Positions 17,375-24,903 of a stretch of DNA of 27,640 nt are shown piece after piece. Under the pieces are notes generated by a model, which saw only the letters and a program-made list of their open reading frames with translations, was not told the origin of the DNA and did not search any database. The stretch lies in the IMG/VR virus record IMGVR_UViG_3300020045_003202, positions 1-27,640 of that record. One strand, written 5' to 3'. The stretch is from a virus. Its lineage: Duplodnaviria > Caudoviricetes. The translations under genes and the position numbers were made by a program. Each line of letters opens with the position of its first letter. Position 1 is the stretch's first letter.

Positions 17375-18400
17375 TCAGAAAAGCGCGTCTTGGCTGACCA
17401 TGCCGACCTCATCAGCGAAGCGGGTCTTGGCGTGTTCCAGATTGATCCGCGCTTGCTTGAAATAGCTGTCCTTCAGCTCGGCGCCGATGGCTTTGCGGCC
17501 AAGTGACACAGGGCTAAACACCTCGGAACCGACGCCCATGAACGGCGTAAAAACCACTTCACCGGGGTTGCTGTAAAGCTCGACAATACGGTCGATCACG
17601 TCAAGCTGCAACGGGTGGACGTGCTTTTCGTCGTCCTCCTCTTTGCTGTCGCGGAACGGCAGCACGTTGTCGATGCGGATGTCATCCCAAACGCTGGAGG
17701 CGTACCGCTGCCAAATGTAGTGGGACAGCTTGTTCGACTTCGGGTCTTCGTGATCGTAGAAGTTGGCCTTGAGGTGGGCCCAAAGTTCGTCTTCCGTGAA
17801 CTTGGTGTCGTTGGCGTTGTTCCATGCCTGCAGGATGTTGGGGAGAATTGGAGTAGCGCCAAAGTAGCGCTTCAGACCCTCAGGATGCGTGACCGGAACT
17901 TCGTTGTCGCCGCGCTTGGTCATGATGATCATGTAGTCAGGCATGGCCGTGAAACACTGCGTCGAATCTTCGACGATCAATTTGTGCATCAGGCTCTTGA
18001 CCATCGTTCGCATGCGGACCTTCAGCGGCTCCTTCCAGATCGTGACCCGGTTTCGGTACTGGAACCCATGCTTTTCATGGATACGGATGATCTCGTGCGG
18101 GAAATCCCACAGTCGGCAGGCGTTGTCGAAAACGTCAGTGCAGTGGACTGCCGTGATGCGGCCCGGCTTGGTCACGCGGGCGATCTGTTCTACCAAGTAT
18201 TCGTACTGCGCTAGGAACTGCTCCCGCGTCTCGCAATTGGACATGTCCCGATGGTCGGAGCTGTAGTTGTAGAGCCCGCAGAACGGGGGTGAGTACACCG
18301 ACAGGTCGACAGAGTTGTCAGCCAGCGATGAAACCACGTCAACGCAATCACCGTTGTAGATGGCGTAGTCGGGAGTGATGATTTGGTCTTTGACGTTCAT
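17375..18400 (-). CDS. DNA amino-methyltransferase (N4-mC/N6-mA, beta-class motif order)
   Basis: IYNGDC, catalytic SPPF, H.HPLQLD, YSNPGE.V, SAM-binding PFMGVGSE and G.ELK.SYF. Confidence 0.9.
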   Translation of the reverse strand: MNVKDQIITPDYAIYNGDCVDVVSSLADNSVDLSVYSPPFCGLYNYSSDHRDMSNCETREQFLAQYEYLVEQIARVTKPGRITAVHCTDVFDNACRLWDFPHEIIRIHEKHGFQYRNRVTIWKEPLKVRMRTMVKSLMHKLIVEDSTQCFTAMPDYMIIMTKRGDNEVPVTHPEGLKRYFGATPILPNILQAWNNANDTKFTEDELWAHLKANFYDHEDPKSNKLSHYIWQRYASSVWDDIRIDNVLPFRDSKEEDDEKHVHPLQLDVIDRIVELYSNPGEVVFTPFMGVGSEVFSPVSLGRKAIGAELKDSYFKQARINLEHAKTRFADEVGMVSQDALF

Positions 18401-19770
18401 TTCAGAAATCCAGGTTGTTGAATGGTTTGGTTGAAATCTTTGGTGACGTGCGTGAAGTCACGGTTCGCCGCTTGGACAAGGTTGCCGTAAAGCTCGATTG
18501 CCTTTTCGGTCTTCTGCTCGAGTGCCTCCATGACGCGCTCTTGGCCTTCGCTGATCACCATGTCGCATGTGACTTCGTGCTGTTGACCAAAGCGCCAGAA
18601 GCGCCGGATGGCTTGGTAGTACTGCTCATAGCTCCACGTTGGGAAAAAGACTGTGTGCTGGCAGTGTTGCCAGTTCAGCCCCATCGAAGTCATGCGGGCC
18701 TTGGTGATCAGTCGCTTGATGTCGCCGCGGGCGAACGACACCAGAATCTCCTCCTTCTGGTCAATCGACATGCCGCCGATGATCTCGACCGCATCACGAT
18801 CAAGCGACGACAGCAGGGCGCTTTCTTCGTTCAGGTTGCACCAGTAGACCGAAGTTTTCCCGCTGGCCAGCTCGTGCGCCTTTTCGCATCGCTCGGACAC
18901 GGTGAGCTTCTGCTCCTCTCGAACCTCGGTCATGGTCTTGGCTGGCATGGCAAACAGTGCGGCCTGATCATCAATCACCCATGTACGGTCATTGCGAACG
19001 ATGTGCCTGTTTGTTGTCAATGGCGGCAGGTCATACCCATCGTCGGAGAAACCGAGGTCTGACGGCTTCTTGACCATCACAGACCACTGATTCACCCACG
19101 CAAAGAAGTCACGTTCAGCGTGTGGCTTGAGGTAGAACTTCTCGCCGATGTTGCGATTGTTGCTGTCCACGCTATTTTGGTTCGACTTGAAGAACTTGGT
19201 CAGCATGTCCATGTAACCCATGTAGCCGAGGGCTTCTGAGCTGTTGCCGAGTTCGATGAAGTCGTTAGGGCTTGGGGTAGCCGTGGACAAGAAGCGGTAC
19301 CGTACTTGCTTAATGAACGCGACGATCTGGTCACGCGTCTTTCCTGCAAAGTTTTTCAGAATCGAGGATTCGTCAAGCATCACGCAAACGAAGTCTGACG
19401 CGTTCAGAAGGTGCAGGCGCTCATAGTTGCACACAACAATCTTGTGCGACAGCGTGCCGTCCTTGCTGTGGCCGATGTCGTCAATGCCGATCTTGCTGGC
19501 CTCGTCGATGAACTGGAAAGCCACGGCCAAAGGTGTCAGAATCAGCACTCGCTGGTTGGTCTGTTGCACGATGTTCCAGGCGATTGCCAGTTGCATCAGA
19601 GTCTTGCCAAGGCCGGTATCGCAAAACAGGCCCATGCGACCCTTGCGCACAGCCTTGGTGATAATCGACTGTTGAAAGTCGAATGCACACTCAGGCATCC
19701 AGATTGGGTCGAATCCAAACTCCCCGGTGCTGTGCTTCTTGGTGGCGATGAATGAAGCGTAGTCGCTCAT
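18397..19770 (-). CDS. SF2 (SNF2/Res-like) helicase
   Basis: Motif I DTGLGKT, motif II DESS, motif III TATP, motif V GLNWQ, motif VI QAIRR.WRFGQ. Confidence 0.9.
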   Translation of the reverse strand: MSDYASFIATKKHSTGEFGFDPIWMPECAFDFQQSIITKAVRKGRMGLFCDTGLGKTLMQLAIAWNIVQQTNQRVLILTPLAVAFQFIDEASKIGIDDIGHSKDGTLSHKIVVCNYERLHLLNASDFVCVMLDESSILKNFAGKTRDQIVAFIKQVRYRFLSTATPSPNDFIELGNSSEALGYMGYMDMLTKFFKSNQNSVDSNNRNIGEKFYLKPHAERDFFAWVNQWSVMVKKPSDLGFSDDGYDLPPLTTNRHIVRNDRTWVIDDQAALFAMPAKTMTEVREEQKLTVSERCEKAHELASGKTSVYWCNLNEESALLSSLDRDAVEIIGGMSIDQKEEILVSFARGDIKRLITKARMTSMGLNWQHCQHTVFFPTWSYEQYYQAIRRFWRFGQQHEVTCDMVISEGQERVMEALEQKTEKAIELYGNLVQAANRDFTHVTKDFNQTIQQPGFLK

Positions 19771-19789
19771 GTCGTCTCGTTGTTCGTTG

Positions 19790-19845
19790 CGATGCCTGCA
19801 TCATCTCGCACCCCATCGCCCCGGTCTAATTGCTTTTTCCTATCG
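19790..19845 (-). promoter_or_regulatory. Conserved boxed promoter, copy 3 (early-left)
   Basis: Minus strand: CGATAG gaaaaag CAAT TAGACC-17 bp-GATGAT gcagg CATCG. Confidence 0.75.
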
Positions 19846-19865
19846 GATCGATTGACAAAACCAAT
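19829..19865. promoter_or_regulatory. OxyR/LysR-type operator, four tetramers spaced by N7
   Basis: ATTG-N7-CTAT-N7-ATTG-N7-CAAT, compared with OxyR consensus ATAG-N7-CTAT-N7-ATAG-N7-CTAT. GATC at 19846-19849. Confidence 0.6.
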
Positions 19866-19904
19866 TGGCGCGGATTGGTGAAGTGGGGCAAAGTTGTCGC
19901 ATTG
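19849..19904 (+). promoter_or_regulatory. Conserved boxed promoter, copy 4 (early-right)
   Basis: CGATTG acaaaac CAAT TGGCGC-17 bp-CAAAGT tgtcg CATTG. Confidence 0.7.
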
Positions 19905-19921
19905 AAACGAAGGATTGAGCA

Positions 19922-20155
19922 ATGGACAACACACCAGCATTCCCGCTGAACGAGCTTTGCCGAGAAACAGGCGAAGTCGTGGACCAGCACTTTGGCATGA
20001 CGCTTCGGGACTACTTTGCGTCAAAGGCGCTTCAAAGCCTTATTTCTGGCCGCAGTTGGGATCACATTGGCGACCACAGCGCCTTGATGAAGGTCTGGGC
20101 GGAATCCGCCTACGGTGTTGCCGACGCCATGATGGCAGCAAGGGGCCAGCAATGA
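19922..20155 (+). CDS. Conserved phage protein (PAFP...GMTLRDYFA...AY..ADAM)
   Basis: Recurrent small phage family motif. AAGGA RBS. Confidence 0.75.
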   Translation: MDNTPAFPLNELCRETGEVVDQHFGMTLRDYFASKALQSLISGRSWDHIGDHSALMKVWAESAYGVADAMMAARGQQ

Positions 20156-20481
20156 GCTACACGCTTGAACACAGGCCATTGCCAGAAGGCTGGCGACTCA
20201 TTGCAGTCAATGCCGAGTTCGACAACCTCATGTATTGGATGGATCGTTGCGAAAGCAAAGGCCACCTTGAGCGCTGCTCAGACCTTATTGAGCCATGGGC
20301 AGCTTTTCAGTACATCGAGCACACCCCCACCCCTCCCAGAGTCCTTGGCGAGCTTGAGGTGGAGTTGCTGGCTGAGTTGAAGCTGATCGCCGAAACCGAT
20401 CCCGTGGACGCCGCACTTGATCCACAGCGTGCCGTTCGTATTGCCCGCGCCGCCATCCAGAAAGCCGAGGCGCAGCAATGA
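20152..20481 (+). CDS. Hypothetical protein
   Basis: ATGA couplings at both ends. ARAAI.KA terminal motif. Confidence 0.65.
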   Translation: MSYTLEHRPLPEGWRLIAVNAEFDNLMYWMDRCESKGHLERCSDLIEPWAAFQYIEHTPTPPRVLGELEVELLAELKLIAETDPVDAALDPQRAVRIARAAIQKAEAQQ

Positions 20482-20786
20482 GCGATGCACTCAAGGTCGG
20501 TGATGCCATCTATGTGCAGCCACGTCACACAAGGATGTTGCAGAAGCACACCATCAGCAAGGTGACGCCAACGATGTATGTCTGCGATGGACGCCGCTTT
20601 TACAGGGACTTGCGCATTGTTGGCGCCGATGGCTTTGGACCATTCCGTGGGCACTTGCCAACGGCAGAGATTGAAATGCAAATGCGCATTCAGAGGGCGT
20701 CGATTGATCTTGGCCGCATCACTTTGTCCACCAAAAACATCGACGCTGCCGAGGCATTCATAGCCGCATCGAAGGCCACCCAATGA
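20478..20786 (+). CDS. Hypothetical protein (small beta-barrel-like)
   Basis: LKVGD.....ISKVTPT pattern. ATGA couplings. Confidence 0.65.
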   Translation: MSDALKVGDAIYVQPRHTRMLQKHTISKVTPTMYVCDGRRFYRDLRIVGADGFGPFRGHLPTAEIEMQMRIQRASIDLGRITLSTKNIDAAEAFIAASKATQ

Positions 20787-20956
20787 CGATCAAACCCCGA
20801 CGCAAGCCGCAGATCGAAACCGTGACCGGGACGCTCACACCCGATGGCGTGCTGATCAAGGCCGACAACGGCAAGACAGTCCTGTCCCCAATGCCCCGCT
20901 TTTTGCGCTGGTGCTTGAGGGAACTTCGCAATGCTCACCTAGGAGATAAGCCATGA
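20783..20956 (+). CDS. 57-aa hypothetical protein (MTIKPRRKPQ...), absent from the ORF track
   Basis: Translated by hand. Exactly fills the gap with ATGA overlaps at both ends. Confidence 0.6.
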   Translation: MTIKPRRKPQIETVTGTLTPDGVLIKADNGKTVLSPMPRFLRWCLRELRNAHLGDKP

Positions 20957-21135
20957 CCGAACACTTCCCCATCATCTCTCAACTGACAAACATAACGCTC
21001 TCTTTCGGGCTTTTCGCGGCCATCTTTGTCGCCCCCGAAATCCCTCAGAAGTGGCGAATCGGTGCTGCCGCACTTTGCGTTGCCGCTCAGGCTGCGGTGT
21101 TGTGCCTATCGGTTTCGCTGCTTGGTGCGCCATGA
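20953..21135 (+). CDS. Small two-TM membrane protein
   Basis: AGGAG RBS and two hydrophobic segments. Confidence 0.6.
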   Translation: MTEHFPIISQLTNITLSFGLFAAIFVAPEIPQKWRIGAAALCVAAQAAVLCLSVSLLGAP

Positions 21136-21344
21136 CCAACGCATTCAGCCCCGCATTCAAGAGCGCCATCGACTGGTCGAAGGACCAGAAAGACCGCCGC
21201 ATCTCTGAGGCAAACAGCGCCAAACGCGCAAAGCGTCTCGCCTCAGACGACCCTGTGGAGCGCGCAAAAGCTGCGGGAACGATGGGGCCGCTTTCCGGCG
21301 TCACCGAGAACCACCGGCTGAAGAAAAACAGCAAGCTGGGGTGA
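21132..21344 (+). CDS. Hypothetical basic protein
   Basis: ATGA coupling at 21132. Confidence 0.55.
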   Translation: MTNAFSPAFKSAIDWSKDQKDRRISEANSAKRAKRLASDDPVERAKAAGTMGPLSGVTENHRLKKNSKLG

Positions 21345-21350
21345 TATAAT
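21342..21350 (+). promoter_or_regulatory. Extended -10 promoter (TGaTATAAT)
   Basis: Perfect TGnTATAAT at the start of a 180-nt non-coding leader. Confidence 0.65.
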
Positions 21351-21355
21351 CGAGG

Positions 21356-21525
21356 CGTCCGCGCAATGCGGGCAAAGCGAGTCCCTAGCGATCTTGGCCG
21401 TGAGCTAGGCGACACATCGTAAACAGGTCTTCTGTCCTATGGCGTGGGGGCGAGTGCAATGCACACTCGTTTCTCCTGTTTAGGCGAGGGCCAACGCCCT
21501 CACACCATAGGGTAGAAGGATCGTT
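21356..21525 (+). ncRNA. Structured leader RNA upstream of the HNH/replication genes
   Basis: About 24-bp stem 21429-21452/21495-21518 with G-U pairs, covering most of the RBS. 5' hairpin loop TTGGCC (21394-99) is complementary to GGCCAA (21489-94). Confidence 0.55.
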
Positions 21526-22095
21526 TTGGAAGTCCAAACACCACAAAAGCCGAAGCGAAAAGCACTCAGCAAGAAGACCCGGTTTGAGGTCTTCAAGCGC
21601 GACGGCTTCACATGCCAATACTGCGGCGCACATCCTCCGTCTGTCATCCTGCACGTTGATCACATCACTGCGGTCGCCAAGGGCGGAAAGAATGACATTG
21701 ACAATCTGGTGACCGCCTGCCAGCCGTGCAACAGCGGAAAGTCAGACAGGCCGCTTTCTGAAATACCTGCATCACTCAAAGACAAAGCCGCTGAGATCCT
21801 TGAAAAAGAGGAGCAGATCCTTGGCTATCAGCGGGTGATTGAGAGCAAGAAACTGCGGATTTACGATGAGGCAATGCTTGTTCATGAGGTCTTTCAGGAT
21901 TACTTTCCTACTCTCAGCCTGACCGACAAGTCAATGGCGACGGTTCGACTGTTTGTCGAAAGACTTGGTGTTCATGAGGTCATTGACGCAATGCACATGG
22001 CTTGCAGCTACCGAAAGGTCAAGTCTGGGCAGGAGTTCAGGTACTTCTGCGGGATCTGCTGGAAGACCATCAAGGAGTCACCAAATGGCAACTGA
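21526..22095 (+). CDS. HNH endonuclease (N-terminal HNH domain)
   Basis: RFEVFKRDGFTCQYCG, LHVDHI..V.KGG, NLVTAC..CN.GKS motifs. TTG start after AGAAGGA. Confidence 0.88.
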   Translation: MEVQTPQKPKRKALSKKTRFEVFKRDGFTCQYCGAHPPSVILHVDHITAVAKGGKNDIDNLVTACQPCNSGKSDRPLSEIPASLKDKAAEILEKEEQILGYQRVIESKKLRIYDEAMLVHEVFQDYFPTLSLTDKSMATVRLFVERLGVHEVIDAMHMACSYRKVKSGQEFRYFCGICWKTIKESPNGN

Positions 22096-23071
22096 TGCCC
22101 GAATTGCAGTCGGACTACCCAAGCACCCAAAGACCAAGAAATTGATCAAGCGGCTGGGGCAGGCGGGTGCGTGGAATCTCGTTTGCCTGATCCTGTGGGT
22201 TGCTTCGGATCGAAGCGATGGCGACTTGACGGGGATGTCAATCGAAGACATTGAACTTGCTGCCGACTGGTCTGGTGGTGATGGCGTGTTTGTGTCAGCA
22301 TTGGTTGACGTTCGGTTCCTTGACGGCATTGATGGCGAGTACGTCATGCACGATTGGCACGAGCATAACCCTTGGGCTGCTGGATCTGAGCTTCGCAGCG
22401 AGAAGGCCAAATGGAATGCGCTGATCAAGCATCACGGACGCACGGAGGCTGCTAGGTTGATGCCGGAGTACGCAGCAAAGCATGCTGCCAACAAGGCAGA
22501 AGCACACGGAAAGCATGATGCAAGCACGGTGCCAGCATGCTACGAGTCTGCTACTAGCAGGAACTCAGCAGAAACTAGCACTGCTCCGTCTCCGTCTCCG
22601 TCTCCGTCTCCGTCTCCGTCTCCGTCTCCGTCTCCGTCTCCGTCTGAAGATATGGCTATCGCCCCAGCCCCAGCAAGGAAGCGGGCATCAAGGGTTGTCC
22701 CTCAAGACTTCGAAGTCACGATCGAGATGAGGGATTGGGCGAGAGCATCACACCCCGGCGTTGACATGCAAGTCCAGACCGCTGCATTCCGGGACCACGA
22801 GTTCAAGGACGCCAAAACCGATTGGGTCAAGGCTTGGCGAAACTGGATCCGGCGATCTGATTCGATGCCGGGGGCATCAAGGACAGGATTCGTTATGGCC
22901 GAAAAGCCCCTCAGCCCGGCAGAGCGCCAAATGTACGCAGCGTCGCCGACTCGGTGCAACGACCGAGTGAAGCGAATGATGGCGGCAGAGCTTGGCAACA
23001 ATGCCCCGCACATCATCGACAACATCATCGAAATGGATCAAGGCTATGGCACTCCCACTCTCCTGGGTTAA
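22085..23071 (+). CDS. Putative replication initiator (lambda O-analogue)
   Basis: HPKT..L...LG N-terminus, HDW.EHN, SP linker, C-terminal F.DH.....DW..AWRNWIR. Contains phased repeats and precedes a loader-like gene. Confidence 0.7.
   Translation: MATDARIAVGLPKHPKTKKLIKRLGQAGAWNLVCLILWVASDRSDGDLTGMSIEDIELAADWSGGDGVFVSALVDVRFLDGIDGEYVMHDWHEHNPWAAGSELRSEKAKWNALIKHHGRTEAARLMPEYAAKHAANKAEAHGKHDASTVPACYESATSRNSAETSTAPSPSPSPSPSPSPSPSPSPSEDMAIAPAPARKRASRVVPQDFEVTIEMRDWARASHPGVDMQVQTAAFRDHEFKDAKTDWVKAWRNWIRRSDSMPGASRTGFVMAEKPLSPAERQMYAASPTRCNDRVKRMMAAELGNNAPHIIDNIIEMDQGYGTPTLLG
22479..22580. repeat. Helically phased AGCA-core repeats, putative replication-origin iterons
   Basis: AGCA at 22479, 22501, 22512, 22523, 22534, 22556, 22567, 22577 (steps of 22, 11, 11, 11, 22, 11, 10). 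Confidence 0.6.
22584..22645 (+). repeat. Perfect hexanucleotide microsatellite (CTCCGT)10 encoding (Pro-Ser)10
   Basis: Read directly from the sequence. Confidence 0.95.
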
Positions 23072-23570
23072 AAAGATTTTCGACAAGCTGTCGATGGTCT
23101 ACGGGCACAAGTTCATGGGGCGATGGTCTGGCATGAATCTTGACGACGTGATGAACGATTGGGCTCATGAGCTTGACGGCCTTGAGCGCCGCCCCGAAGC
23201 CATCAAGCACGCTTTGCAGCACCTTCCATCGGATGACGCCCCGACAGTCCTTCAGTTCCGGGACTTATGCCGACGTGCGCCAGACCCGACGTTTGTCGCG
23301 CTACCGTCGCCTGAAATCAATCAGGTGGTTGCCGCTCAGGCCTTGGCCGCAGCCTCTAAGGCAGTCAAGGACCCGCTTGATGACGTTTTGCACCGGCAGC
23401 GCGAGCACATGCGAATCGAGATGCACGGCATGGGCAAGAGCTTGACACCTCGGCAGCGTGAGTTTTGGCGCATCGCCCTGCGGTCTGAGATTCTGACGCG
23501 GACCAACATCGACACGGCCCAACCGTTTGACCTTGCGGAGCTGTCCCGTCGCATGGGGGTTGCTGCATGA
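23046..23570 (+). CDS. Putative helicase loader / replication protein P-like
   Basis: IF..L...YG..F...W, W..EL and P....F..LC motifs. Directly follows the initiator. Confidence 0.55.
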   Translation: MALPLSWVKKIFDKLSMVYGHKFMGRWSGMNLDDVMNDWAHELDGLERRPEAIKHALQHLPSDDAPTVLQFRDLCRRAPDPTFVALPSPEINQVVAAQALAAASKAVKDPLDDVLHRQREHMRIEMHGMGKSLTPRQREFWRIALRSEILTRTNIDTAQPFDLAELSRRMGVAA

Positions 23571-23707
23571 ACCTTCACCCACGCACCCCATCAAGCGATG
23601 CCATGAAGGCCGAGGCCCACCGAATCCTTGACCTGGCCCGCGACGGTCACAACATCTCAGAGGATCGCATCACCTGGGCTTTGCGCATCACTGGCGATCT
23701 GGAATGA
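23567..23707 (+). CDS. 46-aa hypothetical protein, absent from the ORF track
   Basis: Translated by hand (...AHRILDLARDG...ITWALRITGDLE). ATGA coupling. Confidence 0.55.
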   Translation: MNLHPRTPSSDAMKAEAHRILDLARDGHNISEDRITWALRITGDLE

Positions 23708-23712
23708 CGCAC

Positions 23713-23768
23713 CGATAGCCAAAAACAATTGGACCGCCTCACTCAAACGCGGGATGATTGACACATCG
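23713..23768 (+). promoter_or_regulatory. Conserved boxed promoter, copy 5
   Basis: CGATAG ccaaaaa CAAT TGGACC-17 bp-GATGAT tgaca CATCG. Confidence 0.75.
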
Positions 23769-23784
23769 AACAACAGGCCAGACC

Positions 23785-24261
23785 ATGACAAGCCGGACGC
23801 GCTACACAGAGGAAGAGGACGCCATCATCGCGGCGTACTACCCAACCGAGGGCACAGACGTGATACATCGACTGCCGACGACACGAAGCCGCCGAGGGGT
23901 GGAATACAGGGCTTATGCGCTTGGGTCCGCCGTTGACTGCCGCAAGCGGTGGGCGAAGAAGGAGTGGTCGCGTGCCGATGAATCTCTGATGAAGATGATG
24001 TTTGGCCAGGTCGGCATTGAAGGCATGGTCAAGCTGCTCAAGGGCAAGTTTTCGGCTGGCGCCATCAAGCACAAGGCGAGGCGCATGGAGCTGGTTAAGA
24101 GCCAAACGCCACCACCGAAGCCCCAACCAGAGCCCGAGCCAATCGACCCAAACGAAGAGGACGCTGCCCCGATGATCCACCGGCACATCCCCGAGGGCGA
24201 ATGGAAGCGGGACCACCCAATCCCGCGACGGTCTGTTTTTGACGTGGAGGCGAGAGCATGA
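23785..24261 (+). CDS. Protein with two Myb/SANT-like helical repeats
   Basis: YTEEED.II...Y...R....V..RA..LG and WS..DE.LM....AI..KA.RM.L. Confidence 0.55.
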   Translation: MTSRTRYTEEEDAIIAAYYPTEGTDVIHRLPTTRSRRGVEYRAYALGSAVDCRKRWAKKEWSRADESLMKMMFGQVGIEGMVKLLKGKFSAGAIKHKARRMELVKSQTPPPKPQPEPEPIDPNEEDAAPMIHRHIPEGEWKRDHPIPRRSVFDVEARA

Positions 24262-24473
24262 GAAACGACCTCACCCCATCGGAGCTGCGAACCCTGAAAC
24301 TGATCGCCAAGGGCCTAAGCGCAAAAGAGGCCGGGAAGCTGGCTGGCATTTCTTACGACACGATCAAGGACCAGATGGCGAGCGTGTACTGGCGTCTCGG
24401 AGCGTCCAACGCAGCGCACGCGGTCGCCCTGGCTTTTGTCGGCGGCATCATCAAACCGGAGGATCTGAAATGA
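24258..24473 (+). CDS. Stand-alone LuxR/GerE-type HTH regulator
   Basis: LTPSE...L.LIAKGLS.KE....GIS..TIK......Y.RLG..N...AVA.A. Confidence 0.85.
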   Translation: MRNDLTPSELRTLKLIAKGLSAKEAGKLAGISYDTIKDQMASVYWRLGASNAAHAVALAFVGGIIKPEDLK

Positions 24474-24673
24474 TCGACCCAGCAACAGGCCGCGATGTGG
24501 CCGACTGCCCCGAAACCGAGACGCACAAGCGCCACATGGAAAACCTGCGCAACATCAGAACAACCGCAGATCGCCGCGAGTACATCGACGGGGTGATGCG
24601 ATCTGAAGGAAAGTTTGCCGCGAACTGGCTGCGAGACGACTTTGCGGCTGAATGGAACAGGGAAAAAGCATGA
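24470..24673 (+). CDS. Hypothetical protein
   Basis: GGAGG RBS and ATGA couplings. Confidence 0.6.
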   Translation: MIDPATGRDVADCPETETHKRHMENLRNIRTTADRREYIDGVMRSEGKFAANWLRDDFAAEWNREKA

Positions 24674-24903
24674 CACGCGACGAGATCATCAGTCGCCTCG
24701 GGTGGCTCCACTTTTCCCACATTGACAGTTCGCCTGACTCCGTGCTGTCTCGCATTGAGAAGCTGGTGGCCGACGTTGAGGCGGCAGAGCGCGAGGCCTG
24801 CGCAGCAATCCTCGAAGCAAACGCATCAGCCTGCTCCGTTGGCCTGGCGAATGACCTGCTGCTATCGAATGCCGCAGCAATCCGCGCAAGGAGCGCGGCA
24901 TGA
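24670..24903 (+). CDS. Hypothetical protein (AAEREACA family)
   Basis: MTRDEII...AAEREACA...AAIRAR motif. ATGA couplings. Confidence 0.65.
   Translation: MTRDEIISRLGWLHFSHIDSSPDSVLSRIEKLVADVEAAEREACAAILEANASACSVGLANDLLLSNAAAIRARSAA

Noticed and set aside
19852-19880. Perfect TTGACA as the -35 of the rightward promoter
   Set aside because: No credible -10 at 17 bp (TTGGTG). The hexamer lies inside the operator box, and the alternative register matches the other four promoters.
16434-22095. HNH genes as IscB/HEARO-type RNA-guided nucleases or intron-encoded enzymes
   Set aside because: No RuvC or PLMP motifs, leaders are short, and no interrupted host gene or transposon ends are visible.
22584-22645. 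Possible CRISPR-like array
   Set aside because: A pure 6-bp tandem repeat with no spacers, in frame within a CDS.
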